Origin: an uncultured Bdellovibrio sp.
GTDB taxonomy: Bacteria > Bdellovibrionota > Bdellovibrionia > Bdellovibrionales > Bdellovibrionaceae
DNA: 64,000 bases
Direction of reading: 5' to 3'
NCBI GenBank assembly: GCA_963932905.1
Contig: CAWVRN010000002.1
Location: 280,779-344,778 of the forward strand
Part shown: positions 20,004 to 29,807 of the stretch, in pieces
Layout of the letters: every line of letters starts with the position of its first letter
How positions within the stretch are numbered: the stretch's first letter is position 1
Program-made: the position numbers and the translations under genes
Notes under the pieces: generated by a model
What the model was told of the DNA's origin: nothing
Database searches by the model: none
The model's input: the letters and a program-made list of their open reading frames with translations, nothing else

Positions 20004-20318
20004 ATGTTTATAAAAAAACCGTTCGCGTGGACTCGCAGTTTAATTAATCGACCTCTTGTAATGCTCTATCTTTGCTTAGCCTTCGCTTTTGTGAACTTTG
20101 TCATTAACGGTAATATTTACAGGCTCTGGAACCTGAACAACGAGTATCAAAAAATGTTACAGAGAATGGAAAAAAATCAAAAGGTTATTGCGCAGCTTAA
20201 CCAAGACATTGCTAAAATGAAAGATCCACTTTATATTGAGCGCCAAGCTATTGAAAAACTGGATTTAGTAGAGGAAAACGACCTAATTTTTGTGTTCCCA
20301 ACAGAGCAAACTAATTAA
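20004..20318 (+). CDS. ftsB: Septum formation initiator FtsB/DivIC
   Basis: Single TM, coiled coil, YIERQA.EKL.LV..N.LIF; lies downstream of eno. Confidence 0.8.
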   Translation: MFIKKPFAWTRSLINRPLVMLYLCLAFAFVNFVINGNIYRLWNLNNEYQKMLQRMEKNQKVIAQLNQDIAKMKDPLYIERQAIEKLDLVEENDLIFVFPTEQTN

Positions 20319-20448
20319 GAACTCTTGAGCTGACAGACGCTTTATGTCGATTAGAATCCTCTATGAAATCTTGATGGAAAATTGGCAAAATTTGACTGGA
20401 CAATTTGAGTCTAAAAAATTAGATATATTACTCTAGACCGGGGGATTT

Positions 20449-20739
20449 GTGAAAATTGAAAAATCTCAGTTTGAATGGACAGCTAATCGTATTCACTCGT
20501 TGCGCTTGCGCTTGGGCTGGAGCAAAAGCGATTTAGCACGCCGCTTAGAGTGCAGCTTGGAAACAGTGAATGCTTGGGAATTAAGTCAGATGAAACCAAA
20601 TCCTGATCAATTGCCAATGTTAGAATTTATTGAAAAACAAGCCGAGTATATTTCTCTTGAAGTTCATGTCTGCCCGATTGCAGAAACACAATTAGAAAAA
20701 TCATCTCGTTCGCAAATTCCTTTAGACGAAATAATGTAA
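20449..20739 (+). CDS. XRE-family helix-turn-helix protein
   Basis: LRLRLGWSKSDLARRL....TV.AWE....P. Confidence 0.85.
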   Translation: MKIEKSQFEWTANRIHSLRLRLGWSKSDLARRLECSLETVNAWELSQMKPNPDQLPMLEFIEKQAEYISLEVHVCPIAETQLEKSSRSQIPLDEIM

Positions 20740-20796
20740 TTTCCTAGCGATTAAGCTTTTGCATTATTGGCGCATCCTCACTATTCTGTGCGCCAA

Positions 20797-23379
20797 ATGA
20801 AACGTTTATTTTTAGTCGACTCAAGTTCCCTATTTTTCAGAGCCTTTTATGCCATCCGTCCTTTAACATCCCCAAGCGGACTTCCTGTTAATGCGATCTA
20901 TGGTTATCTTTCTATGATTTTAAAATTAATCAAAGATGAACGACCCGATTATTTAGCGTTTTGCTATGATCGTAAAGAGCCAAGTTTCAGAAAAGACATT
21001 TATTCCGAATACAAAAGCAATCGCACGGAAATGCCAGACGATTTGCAAAAGCAAATGCCTCATATTAAAAAAGTATCGGATTTATTAGGAATCAAAGCCT
21101 ATGAAGTGCCAGGATTCGAGGCCGACGATATCATCGGTTGTCTAAGTGAGTGGGGATTAACCCAAGATCTTGCCGTGTATATAGTTAGTGGAGATAAAGA
21201 TTTCGCTCAGCTAGTTAAACCTAACGTGTTTTTGTACGACACCATGAAGGATACAAAGATTGATGAAAAAGGAGTGATCGAAAAATGGGGAGTCTCTCCT
21301 AAACAGTTTATCGATTATTTGGCGATCGTTGGTGACTCATCTGACAATGTCCCAGGCGTCAAAGGTGTCGGGCCTAAAGGTGCGATTAAGTTGATTGAAG
21401 AATACGGTACGTTAGAAAATGTTTACGAAAATATCGATAAAATTGAAGGTAAATTAAAAATTAAACTAGTCGAAAATAAAGAGAACGCATTTTTGTCTAA
21501 AATTCTTGTCACTATAAAAACGGATTGTATCAGTGATGTAAATTTAGAGGAATTAACATATAAATTAAATAGCAATCCAGAATTAGATGCGTGGCTAGAC
21601 GAATTGAATTTTAAAACATTCAAAAAGACTATAGCTGATTTAGCTGGATTGCCACCCATGATTCACACGTCACCTTCAGCCTCGGCAACGACAGTCACCG
21701 AGCCTAAAAGTAAAACACCTGCCGCCCCACCTATTCGTTATGTAAAGCAGGATGAGGCGGTGCAAACGTCGTTAAATATGGATGCCGTTAAGATTATCGT
21801 TTCGTCTGCGGATTTAGATCCGTCGCAAAGTTTCTTCTTTGTGTGGGATGAACAGGTTTATGCTGTCCAAGCTGCCAAAGATTTGGTGAAGCTAAATTTA
21901 GATAAGTCTTGGGGGGATCAGTTTAAGAAATGGTCATGGTCAGGATTTGATTTAAAGAGTGTGTGGAAAAAACTTGGCACTGAACTAGATAGTATCAAGG
22001 TTGAATGTGATTTGATGATCGACGTAAATACATTAACTTCAAAAGATGCCTCTACTTTTCTGAAGGCAGCCAAAGCCATGGGGCAGGCGGAGTTAACAGA
22101 AGAGTCTCCACTGTCGGAAGTTGTGGCTAGTATTGTTGAAATGCGGTCCTTGGTTACTGCGCAGTTAAAGGAAAACGATTTCGGTTCTGTATTAAGAGAC
22201 GTTGAATATCCTTTGATTGCGGTTTTGGCGAAAATTGAAAATGCAGGATTTGTTGTTGATACAAAACAGCTCAGCCAGTACAGCGATGAATTGCAAAAGC
22301 AAATCGCTGTTTTGGAAAAAAATATTCATGAAGTCGCCGGTGAAGAATTTAATATTGGTAGCCCGAAACAGCTGAGTCAGATTTTATTTCAAAAAATGGG
22401 ATTAGAATCTTCTAAGAAAACAAAAACAGGATTTTCAACTGACAATGAAGTCTTAGAAAAACTAAATCATCCAATTGCCTCTTTGATTTTGGATTACCGT
22501 GAAATTACCAAATTGAAATCGACCTACGTAGATTCATTGCCTAACCAAGTGAATCCAAAAGATCATCGGATTCACACGACATTTTGTCAGGCATTGACGG
22601 CGACGGGCCGACTTTCTAGCAATAATCCCAACTTGCAAAATATTCCGATTAAGACCGAGCGGGGGCGTCGAGTACGCCAAGCTTTTGTGGCAGGTCCTAA
22701 TCATAAAATCTTGTCGGTGGATTATTCTCAAATTGAGCTACGTATCCTGGCTCACTACAGCAACGATAAAGGTTTAATTCAGGCATTCGAAAGCGACTTA
22801 GATATTCACGCGGCGACGGCCAGTGAAGTGTTCGGTGTTCCGGTCGGCGAAGTCACGAGTGATTTGCGAAGAATTGCTAAAGCGGTTAATTTCGGGATTG
22901 CCTACGGGCAAGGGGTTTTTGGATTAAGTGAAACACTGGGAATTCCGCGTGCGGAAGCAACTAAAATTATAGCAGACTATTTTACAAAATTTTCGGGTGT
23001 GCGGTCCTATATTGATGATACGATTAAATATGCTCATGAGAATGGTTTCGTTAAAACACTTCTTGGTAGGAAAAGAATCATTAGTGAACTGAGCGCTAAA
23101 AATCCGGCGCTTAAGAAATTTGGCGAGCGGGCTGCAATCAATGCCCCAATCCAGGGTTCCGCAAGTGATATCGTAAAACTGGCTATGATTAAATTAGATT
23201 CAAAAATTAAATCTAAAATGATTTTACAAGTACATGACGAATTACTTTTTGAGGCGGACGAGGAGACTCTGGTTAAAGAATTACCATTGATAAAAGATAT
23301 TATGGAAAATATAGTGGAACTTAAAGTGCCTTTAAAAGTAAACTCTCAAATTGCATTAAATTGGGACGAAGCACACTAA
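20797..23379 (+). CDS. polA: DNA polymerase I
   Basis: 5'-3' exonuclease domain (LVD.SS..FRAFYA, GDSSDNVPGV), motif A DYSQIELR, motif B KAVNFGIAYG, motif C QVHDELLFE; degenerate 3'-5' exonuclease region. Confidence 0.96.
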   Translation: MKRLFLVDSSSLFFRAFYAIRPLTSPSGLPVNAIYGYLSMILKLIKDERPDYLAFCYDRKEPSFRKDIYSEYKSNRTEMPDDLQKQMPHIKKVSDLLGIKAYEVPGFEADDIIGCLSEWGLTQDLAVYIVSGDKDFAQLVKPNVFLYDTMKDTKIDEKGVIEKWGVSPKQFIDYLAIVGDSSDNVPGVKGVGPKGAIKLIEEYGTLENVYENIDKIEGKLKIKLVENKENAFLSKILVTIKTDCISDVNLEELTYKLNSNPELDAWLDELNFKTFKKTIADLAGLPPMIHTSPSASATTVTEPKSKTPAAPPIRYVKQDEAVQTSLNMDAVKIIVSSADLDPSQSFFFVWDEQVYAVQAAKDLVKLNLDKSWGDQFKKWSWSGFDLKSVWKKLGTELDSIKVECDLMIDVNTLTSKDASTFLKAAKAMGQAELTEESPLSEVVASIVEMRSLVTAQLKENDFGSVLRDVEYPLIAVLAKIENAGFVVDTKQLSQYSDELQKQIAVLEKNIHEVAGEEFNIGSPKQLSQILFQKMGLESSKKTKTGFSTDNEVLEKLNHPIASLILDYREITKLKSTYVDSLPNQVNPKDHRIHTTFCQALTATGRLSSNNPNLQNIPIKTERGRRVRQAFVAGPNHKILSVDYSQIELRILAHYSNDKGLIQAFESDLDIHAATASEVFGVPVGEVTSDLRRIAKAVNFGIAYGQGVFGLSETLGIPRAEATKIIADYFTKFSGVRSYIDDTIKYAHENGFVKTLLGRKRIISELSAKNPALKKFGERAAINAPIQGSASDIVKLAMIKLDSKIKSKMILQVHDELLFEADEETLVKELPLIKDIMENIVELKVPLKVNSQIALNWDEAH

Positions 23380-23422
23380 CCTGGCCTAGATATTTTCGTT
23401 TTAATAGGATAAGATAGAGCTA

Positions 23423-24823
23423 GTGAAACTCTTTTTCCGAAGCTTATATTTACTATGTTTTTCAATTGTGACTGCGGTTCTTTTTTTAAACTGCTCGAAA
23501 GGGTCGGACTCAAATCCTGGATCTGATCCTGCATCTATGGCGACATCAGAATCAATTCATTGGCTTCAGGAATCCACTTACAATTTCCTTGGCGTCAATT
23601 ATCCAATGAAAATGGGAAAATTCATTTCGCCCAGCTTACCTCAGAATGTCTATTTCCAATGGATAGAAAACGGCTGTCAAAAAAACTGTCGTACGGTCGT
23701 GATTGTAAATCCTTATGGCGGAATCGATTGGTCTGATGATGAAGGTGATAAAAAATGGTTACAGCGAAATGGTGCCGCAAACGGGGCGCTTTATGCCGAT
23801 GAGGAAGGTCCTGGTTTTATTGCCGGTTCATCTATTGGGACTCTCTATTATAAAAAGCAAACTTCCAGTGAAGCTGCCAGTATGGGTGCCGTATTTTTGC
23901 CAAACAAAGTTTCTGTTCTTGTCGTAAGCCACCGTTTCTATCGAGGTCGCAATTTAAAAAACTATATTGAGGAATTTCAAAAAGTAGTATCATTCTTTGT
24001 CGAAAGTGGAACAATTGATCCAAATCGTATGGCTTTTTTTGGTGCATCACTCGGGGGATTTATTTCTCTTCATTCTGCTTTGGATTTTAAGTATCCCCCT
24101 AAAGCATTGGCGTTGTTAACTCCGCTTATTGATCTAAAAAAACAAGTTCAATTTTTAGATAATCTGCCAACGTTAATTTCAGATTCATCAGTAGTGACAG
24201 CGTACGGAGAATTTTTTGATCCTTATTTGCGCCGAATATTTGATTTTACGGGCGGTCGACCTGCTCAAGTACCTGATGCCTACCAACCCTATACGATAGA
24301 AGGTATCGTACCAAGATTAAAATCAAAAGCGTTAATACTTCACGATACTTGGGATACTTTGACTCCTGTTTCTGAGGCAATTTCTTTGCAACAGCAATCA
24401 AGCGCATACTCCAATATTGTTTTGTATCAACACGCAAGCCCGATAGTGTGGAATACATTTAAGAAAGATCATTCGCAGACAGGTGAAGGGCTGAATCCTG
24501 AAAATACCTGGCCGTGGTACAGCCTATTTATTTATAGTCAGTTGTTGGATTCAACAGAGACGATTGTTCTTTACTATGACTATTCAAAGTTCACGACATC
24601 GCTCATCGATGCTAAATCCGCTGCTGGTCGATCTCAGGATATATCGTGGCTTAGGAACAGGATGCTTGATTTATGTTCTACACGCGTACGCTTGATCGAC
24701 TATACTGGACAAATCGGTGAAGTTACGGGACGATTTTATGTCCAGCAAATTATGCTCAATGTCTGGGGTTATAGCCGTCCAGAAAACTTAATCTGTGACG
24801 ATTTAAAAACATACACGTTCTAG
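23423..24823 (+). CDS. Lipoprotein alpha/beta hydrolase
   Basis: Lipobox-like LFLNC; GASLG nucleophile elbow; H...D..TP acid motif; candidate His in KDHS. Confidence 0.7.
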   Translation: MKLFFRSLYLLCFSIVTAVLFLNCSKGSDSNPGSDPASMATSESIHWLQESTYNFLGVNYPMKMGKFISPSLPQNVYFQWIENGCQKNCRTVVIVNPYGGIDWSDDEGDKKWLQRNGAANGALYADEEGPGFIAGSSIGTLYYKKQTSSEAASMGAVFLPNKVSVLVVSHRFYRGRNLKNYIEEFQKVVSFFVESGTIDPNRMAFFGASLGGFISLHSALDFKYPPKALALLTPLIDLKKQVQFLDNLPTLISDSSVVTAYGEFFDPYLRRIFDFTGGRPAQVPDAYQPYTIEGIVPRLKSKALILHDTWDTLTPVSEAISLQQQSSAYSNIVLYQHASPIVWNTFKKDHSQTGEGLNPENTWPWYSLFIYSQLLDSTETIVLYYDYSKFTTSLIDAKSAAGRSQDISWLRNRMLDLCSTRVRLIDYTGQIGEVTGRFYVQQIMLNVWGYSRPENLICDDLKTYTF

Positions 24824-24949
24824 CATTGCGTTAGTTTTTTTTACTCAGTTTCACTTCTATACAGCGAATATTTTTAAGACGTTTTGGGCCTAAATATTTT
24901 TTTAAAAGCTATTCGTTGTGGATGAAAACCATTTAAAAGGGTGTGGATT

Positions 24950-24976
24950 TCAAGTCGTAGGTTACAAAACCGAAAA
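24950..24976 (+). promoter_or_regulatory. Putative sigma28 (FliA) promoter
   Basis: TCAA-N15-ACCGAAAA, 38 bp upstream of ORF 25015. Confidence 0.45.
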
Positions 24977-25014
24977 ATAAGTACGCGGTTTTTTTACGAT
25001 AGGAGGGCCCTTAA

Positions 25015-25482
25015 ATGCAGTCCAATAATCAACCTTATAGATTACCGTTCCAAACGAAAATCGTCTTCGGTTTCGTCCTTCTTTTAACTGTGGCATTGAT
25101 ATCTAAGTGGGCTTTTTATTCTTTTGTCCATGTTCATCAGCCGTCTCAAAATGAGCAACAGTTATCGGGTATAAAAAGCCAGGTGGCAGAGATCTGTTTG
25201 AAAGAAGAATCCAAAAGTATTAAATCGACTTCAGAAGCGAATGAAGACGATCAAGATTGGATTAATTTTAAAGCGCCAGAGTATTGTAAGTGTTTATCGA
25301 GTCGTTTGGTTTCTTACTGGGGCGAAAAATCTAAAATAGACCAAATAAATAAGATCAGTCGTGATGAGGTCACTGAATATATAACGACTCAGTTAAAAGG
25401 CGAAGAATCTAAAGGTTTCGTTGATTTTTGTTTATCGAAAGCTCAGAAAGTTTCATCTAAGAAAACAGCGAGTGCACAATAG
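25015..25482 (+). CDS. Membrane-anchored hypothetical protein (Cys-containing)
   Basis: AGGAGG SD, N-terminal TM, C...YCKC...C pattern. Confidence 0.65.
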   Translation: MQSNNQPYRLPFQTKIVFGFVLLLTVALISKWAFYSFVHVHQPSQNEQQLSGIKSQVAEICLKEESKSIKSTSEANEDDQDWINFKAPEYCKCLSSRLVSYWGEKSKIDQINKISRDEVTEYITTQLKGEESKGFVDFCLSKAQKVSSKKTASAQ

Positions 25483-25487
25483 GCGGA

Positions 25488-26057
25488 CTAGTCAGTTTCC
25501 CAGCCAACAACACGTCCACCTTCGAAATAAACAACACGTTTTTCTTGTTTAAAACCGTCCGAGGTGGATACTGTGCGCAGGTAACGCCACTTTTCATTTT
25601 TATAAAGTGCATTTCCTGACGATTCTATATTTTGTGGATCTCCCCAACTTTTCTTGACAAGGTCGTTGGGCATTCCGATGGCGATATCCTGATTGTCGAT
25701 GACTCGTTTGTATTTGTTGGCCAGTTCAGTGGGGCGATTCAGAATACGAGTTTTCATTACCCATTTTTGTTTATCTTCGTAGTCCGTGTTTCTTAGAAAA
25801 CTAAGTTGTTCTTCTTCAGATGCAAACCATGGAAGTAATTTCGAGTATAAAGATTTATCTTGCTGAGTGATCAGATTTTTTTCTAAATCGCGAATTTTAT
25901 TTTTGTACATGCCCGGAGTTTGCGTCGATGATCCACCAGACGCACTGTCGGGATCAGAATTTTCCATGTGTTGACGGCGCTCGATTTGAGCACAACCAGA
26001 AACTAGACCAATCACGGTCACTGCATACATTAATTTGGTAAAAATATATTTAGTCAT
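25488..26057 (-). CDS. Hypothetical lipoprotein (BamE/SmpA-like C-terminal fold)
   Basis: Lipobox VSGC; I.IGM....V..SWG.P...E.W.Y...V.F..GRV. Confidence 0.6.
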   Translation of the reverse strand: MTKYIFTKLMYAVTVIGLVSGCAQIERRQHMENSDPDSASGGSSTQTPGMYKNKIRDLEKNLITQQDKSLYSKLLPWFASEEEQLSFLRNTDYEDKQKWVMKTRILNRPTELANKYKRVIDNQDIAIGMPNDLVKKSWGDPQNIESSGNALYKNEKWRYLRTVSTSDGFKQEKRVVYFEGGRVVGWETD

Positions 26058-26125
26058 GCTTTCATTCTAGCTCAGCTATCAAAAAACTTGCAGACTAGAG
26101 TTTGATTCTCGTACAATGGTCAAGA

Positions 26126-27034
26126 ATGAGTGATTCAAAACCGGATGACAAAGACCAGGCGTTGGCTGATGCGCGAGACAAAGTCTCGACTGATCTGCTG
26201 GATAAAGCCATCCAAGACAATAGTCCAGAGTTCCTACAAGAACTAGAAGCTATATCAGAAATTGGAAATGAAAATCTAGATATCGAACTGGTAGATCTTG
26301 ATCTAATCATGGAGCAACAGCGGGCGAATAGTTTAAAAGCCCGAGCTAATAGATTAGTGAGTCATTTGAATCAATTAGCTATAAAAATATTTTACTTTGT
26401 TAAAGCCAGTTTGCTTACGTTTGCTAAGGAAACAGCACCTTACTATCTGAAGAAGTTACTAGCTCTACTAAAGTCTGGCGGCCAAAGTCTAGGTCATCAG
26501 CTTGGCAAAATTAAAACGTTCAGCAAAGTACAAAAGATTGTTTTGGTTTTAATTATCGCCGGGGTGGTCGGTTTAGGCTTTACCATTTTTAAAATTGCAA
26601 CCAGCGGCTTGATCAAAGATGACGAAAAACTTTTTGTGCACTCGATGGAAGAACTTGCAGCACAGAAGTTTATCTACGATACCGGTGACGTGGAAGATTT
26701 CTATAATTCCCCGCGCGTAAGCCAGAACATCATGTCGCTACGTCGTATTGTTGTTAATATTCAAAGATCTAAAAATTCGGGGACTAATCCCATGGGTGCG
26801 TTTGAATTATATATCCAGGGAAATTCTTCGGATGTGATGGTCGAAATTACTGACCGCGAAGCCGAATTGTTAGATCGTATTCAAAGCCAAATTCGCGCGT
26901 TTTCCTATGACGAATTAGATACTGTTGAAGGCAAACGACGTATGTTAGATAAAATCATCCGTGATTTGAATGAGGACCTTACCAAAGGTAAGGTCACTCA
27001 AATTTATTTTAAAAACTTTGTATTGAAAAAATAA
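26126..27034 (+). CDS. fliL: FliL-family protein with a long cytoplasmic N-terminus
   Basis: Single TM, then IVVNI...D.I......SYDEL.T.EGK..M...I...LN..L..G.V..IYF.NFV. Confidence 0.75.
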   Translation: MSDSKPDDKDQALADARDKVSTDLLDKAIQDNSPEFLQELEAISEIGNENLDIELVDLDLIMEQQRANSLKARANRLVSHLNQLAIKIFYFVKASLLTFAKETAPYYLKKLLALLKSGGQSLGHQLGKIKTFSKVQKIVLVLIIAGVVGLGFTIFKIATSGLIKDDEKLFVHSMEELAAQKFIYDTGDVEDFYNSPRVSQNIMSLRRIVVNIQRSKNSGTNPMGAFELYIQGNSSDVMVEITDREAELLDRIQSQIRAFSYDELDTVEGKRRMLDKIIRDLNEDLTKGKVTQIYFKNFVLKK

Positions 27035-28285
27035 TTACGCTGGTTTCTGTTTAAAATTCATTACATCAATATCGTAATACTTCAGTCGATCGTGTAATGT
27101 ACTTTTCGGCATCCCTAATTCTAAAGCCGTTAATTTTTGATTTCCTTTATTGGCCGTTAGGCGCTTGATAATCATTTGCTTTTCAATTTCCTTAATAATC
27201 GGTAACTGTTGCCCAGTGCGGGGATTAACCATATCACTTTCTAATGACGATTCTGAAACATCTTTATCCAACAATCTGCCAATGTGTCCTTCCGTAATTA
27301 TCTCGTGCGGGTAAAGCGCGCTACAGCGGGCCACTAAATTTTTTAACTCACGAATATTTCCTGGCCAGTTGTATTTTTTCAATTCAGTGATAGCCGCGAA
27401 GGAAAAACGGACGCGAAAGTGTTTGCAGAATTCACCAAGTAACGTATCGAAATCTTCCATGCGATGGATTAAATCAGGCGGAGAAATCTGAATCACATTC
27501 AAGCGATAGTATAAATCTAAACGAAATGTTCCTTGGCGAATATTTTCAGAAAGATTCTTGTGTGTCGCCGCCATAATGCGAACATCTGTTTGGATCGTGC
27601 GATCGGAACCAACCGGGCGGATTTCACTATTTTCAAGTGCACGCAGTAGTTTCGCTTGGATTGAATAGGGCAGGTCACCAATTTCATCTAAAAACAGTGT
27701 TCCACCACGTGCTGATTCAAATGCTCCTTTGCGATCAGAAACTGCCCCAGTAAAACTGCCTTTTACGTGACCGAATAGTTCTGATTCTACCAGTGTTTCC
27801 GTCAACGCCGAACAGTTTACACAAACGAGTGGGCCTTCGCTGCGTCGGGAACTTTGGTGAATGGCTTTGGCAATGACTTCTTTACCTGTTCCCGAGGATC
27901 CAAGCATCAAAATGGGGAAGTCGGATCGAGAGCCATAGACTAAACTGTTCAATTCTTCGTTCCAGATATGGTTTTTGCTAGTCAAGGGAAACTGCGTTTT
28001 TTCTTCGGGGGTTACGATTTGAAATTCGAGGTCGCCGACAGTGATAATATCATTGTAATTAAGCACGGTTTCGGTGATAGCTTCGCCATTTACGAAGGTG
28101 CCTTGTTGGCTTCGCATATCTTTTGCAAATAAGCGCCCGTCGCGAAATTCAAAGCGGACGTGGCGTTCGCTGACGTCCGCCGAGTTAACTGGGTATTGAC
28201 AGTTTTTATCTGTTCCTAAGGTCATAAAGTCAGAAATCGCGACGGCAATGCCTTGGGTGGAAAGAGGCTTAATAAGATAGTTCAT
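27035..28285 (-). CDS. FHA-domain sigma54-dependent enhancer-binding protein
   Basis: N-terminal FHA-like domain; [38 protein letters not shown]-terminal Fis-type HTH. Confidence 0.92.
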   Translation of the reverse strand: MNYLIKPLSTQGIAVAISDFMTLGTDKNCQYPVNSADVSERHVRFEFRDGRLFAKDMRSQQGTFVNGEAITETVLNYNDIITVGDLEFQIVTPEEKTQFPLTSKNHIWNEELNSLVYGSRSDFPILMLGSSGTGKEVIAKAIHQSSRRSEGPLVCVNCSALTETLVESELFGHVKGSFTGAVSDRKGAFESARGGTLFLDEIGDLPYSIQAKLLRALENSEIRPVGSDRTIQTDVRIMAATHKNLSENIRQGTFRLDLYYRLNVIQISPPDLIHRMEDFDTLLGEFCKHFRVRFSFAAITELKKYNWPGNIRELKNLVARCSALYPHEIITEGHIGRLLDKDVSESSLESDMVNPRTGQQLPIIKEIEKQMIIKRLTANKGNQKLTALELGMPKSTLHDRLKYYDIDVMNFKQKPA

Positions 28286-28431
28286 TTGAATCTCCTTTGT
28301 TTCTGGTGGTTAGTTACAAAGGAAGCGCCAGGTTTGAGTGGTCTCTAGAGTGAGTCATTTCGAATAGAACCTTTTTACCAATTTCGATTCTAAGACTTGA
28401 GAAATACGAAGGTCCTTGATACAGCTAATGC

Positions 28432-29004
28432 ATGACTTTTGTTAAATACATCAAGAGCTGCACGTTAGCGAAGGATTACCCAAAAACGGGGCAACCTGAA
28501 GTCGCCTTCGTCGGACGCTCAAATGCCGGTAAATCGTCGTTAATCAACACTATCTCGAATCAAAAAATTGCCAACGTCAGCGGTACGCCTGGAAAAACGC
28601 GTTTGCTGAGTTTTTTTGATTTTAATAACGAATTCGTTCTGGTGGATATGCCAGGTTATGGATTTGCGGCTCGCAGTCATGAAGAACAGGACGACTGGAA
28701 AGTCATGATCGAAAGTTACCTAAGCACGGCTGAAAAACTGAAAGCGATCGTGCTAGTGATGGATATTCGCCGTTCTTGGAGCGAAGACGAAAAAATGATT
28801 CAAGAGTTTTCAGAGCATATTGGCGTTCCCTTAATTGTGGCGCTAACTAAAGCCGATAAACTATCACGTTCGCAAATTATGAAGCGAATGGACGAATTTA
28901 ATGAAGATATTCAGCTAAAATATAAATACCCTATATCGTCGCTTAAAAAAGACGGCGTTGATGATTTAAAGAAACAGCTGTATAAATTTATAAATAGGAA
29001 GTGA
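28432..29004 (+). CDS. yihA: Ribosome biogenesis GTPase YihA/YsxC (EngB)
   Basis: GRSNAGKSS, S.TPGKT, DMPGYG, TKADK. Confidence 0.93.
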   Translation: MTFVKYIKSCTLAKDYPKTGQPEVAFVGRSNAGKSSLINTISNQKIANVSGTPGKTRLLSFFDFNNEFVLVDMPGYGFAARSHEEQDDWKVMIESYLSTAEKLKAIVLVMDIRRSWSEDEKMIQEFSEHIGVPLIVALTKADKLSRSQIMKRMDEFNEDIQLKYKYPISSLKKDGVDDLKKQLYKFINRK

Positions 29005-29014
29005 GATACTAAAT

Positions 29015-29767
29015 ATGCTACGAATTGGGGTTATTCCTTCACGATTGAAAGCCACTCGGTTTCCCGATAAACCCCTAGCCAAAATAGCCGGCAAATCCTT
29101 AGTCCAAAGGGTCGTAGAACGTACTCTTAAAAGCCAAAAATTAGATAAAGTCATACTAGCGACCGATAGCCAAGCTATTGCTGATGAAGTAAACGGGTTA
29201 AATTGTCAGGTTGTATTCACGGATCCTAATTTACCCTCGGGAACGGACCGGGTTCATGCGGCTGTTCAGGGTTTAAATCCTGATATCGTGATCAATATTC
29301 AAGGCGATGAGCCTTTGATTAACCCAGAAGTGATCGATCAGTTAGTAAGCGCTTTAGAACAGGATTCGGCACTTGATTTAGTAACTTTGGGGCAAGATTT
29401 TAAGTCGGCTGAAGAGTTTCAATCTCCTAACAATGTCAAAGTTATTTTGAATGATAAATCCCAGGCCATTTATTTTAGCCGTTTTCCGATTCCTTACTCT
29501 AGAACAGAAATTACAGATGAATTGTTTCCCAGTCCCGTTGTTCTCAAACATATTGGCCTATACGGCTTTCGTAACACTTTTTTGCAGACTTTTTGTCAAA
29601 CCCCGGTGTCAATTTTAGAGAAAAGCGAGTCTCTTGAGCAGCTCAGGGCGATGAGTCTAGGTGCCAAAATAAAGGTCATCAAAACCCATCATTTTTTTCA
29701 AGGAGTCGACGTTCCAGAGGATATACAAAAAGTTGAAAATTGGATAAAATTAAATCATGAAAAATAG
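29015..29767 (+). CDS. kdsB: 3-deoxy-manno-octulosonate cytidylyltransferase
   Basis: TRFPDKPL, SGTDR, NIQGDEP, YFSR..IP, HIGLY, ESLEQLR. Confidence 0.95.
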   Translation: MLRIGVIPSRLKATRFPDKPLAKIAGKSLVQRVVERTLKSQKLDKVILATDSQAIADEVNGLNCQVVFTDPNLPSGTDRVHAAVQGLNPDIVINIQGDEPLINPEVIDQLVSALEQDSALDLVTLGQDFKSAEEFQSPNNVKVILNDKSQAIYFSRFPIPYSRTEITDELFPSPVVLKHIGLYGFRNTFLQTFCQTPVSILEKSESLEQLRAMSLGAKIKVIKTHHFFQGVDVPEDIQKVENWIKLNHEK

Positions 29768-29807
29768 CCAACTTCGCATCTCGACAAAAAAATCAGTTAA
29801 AAAACCT

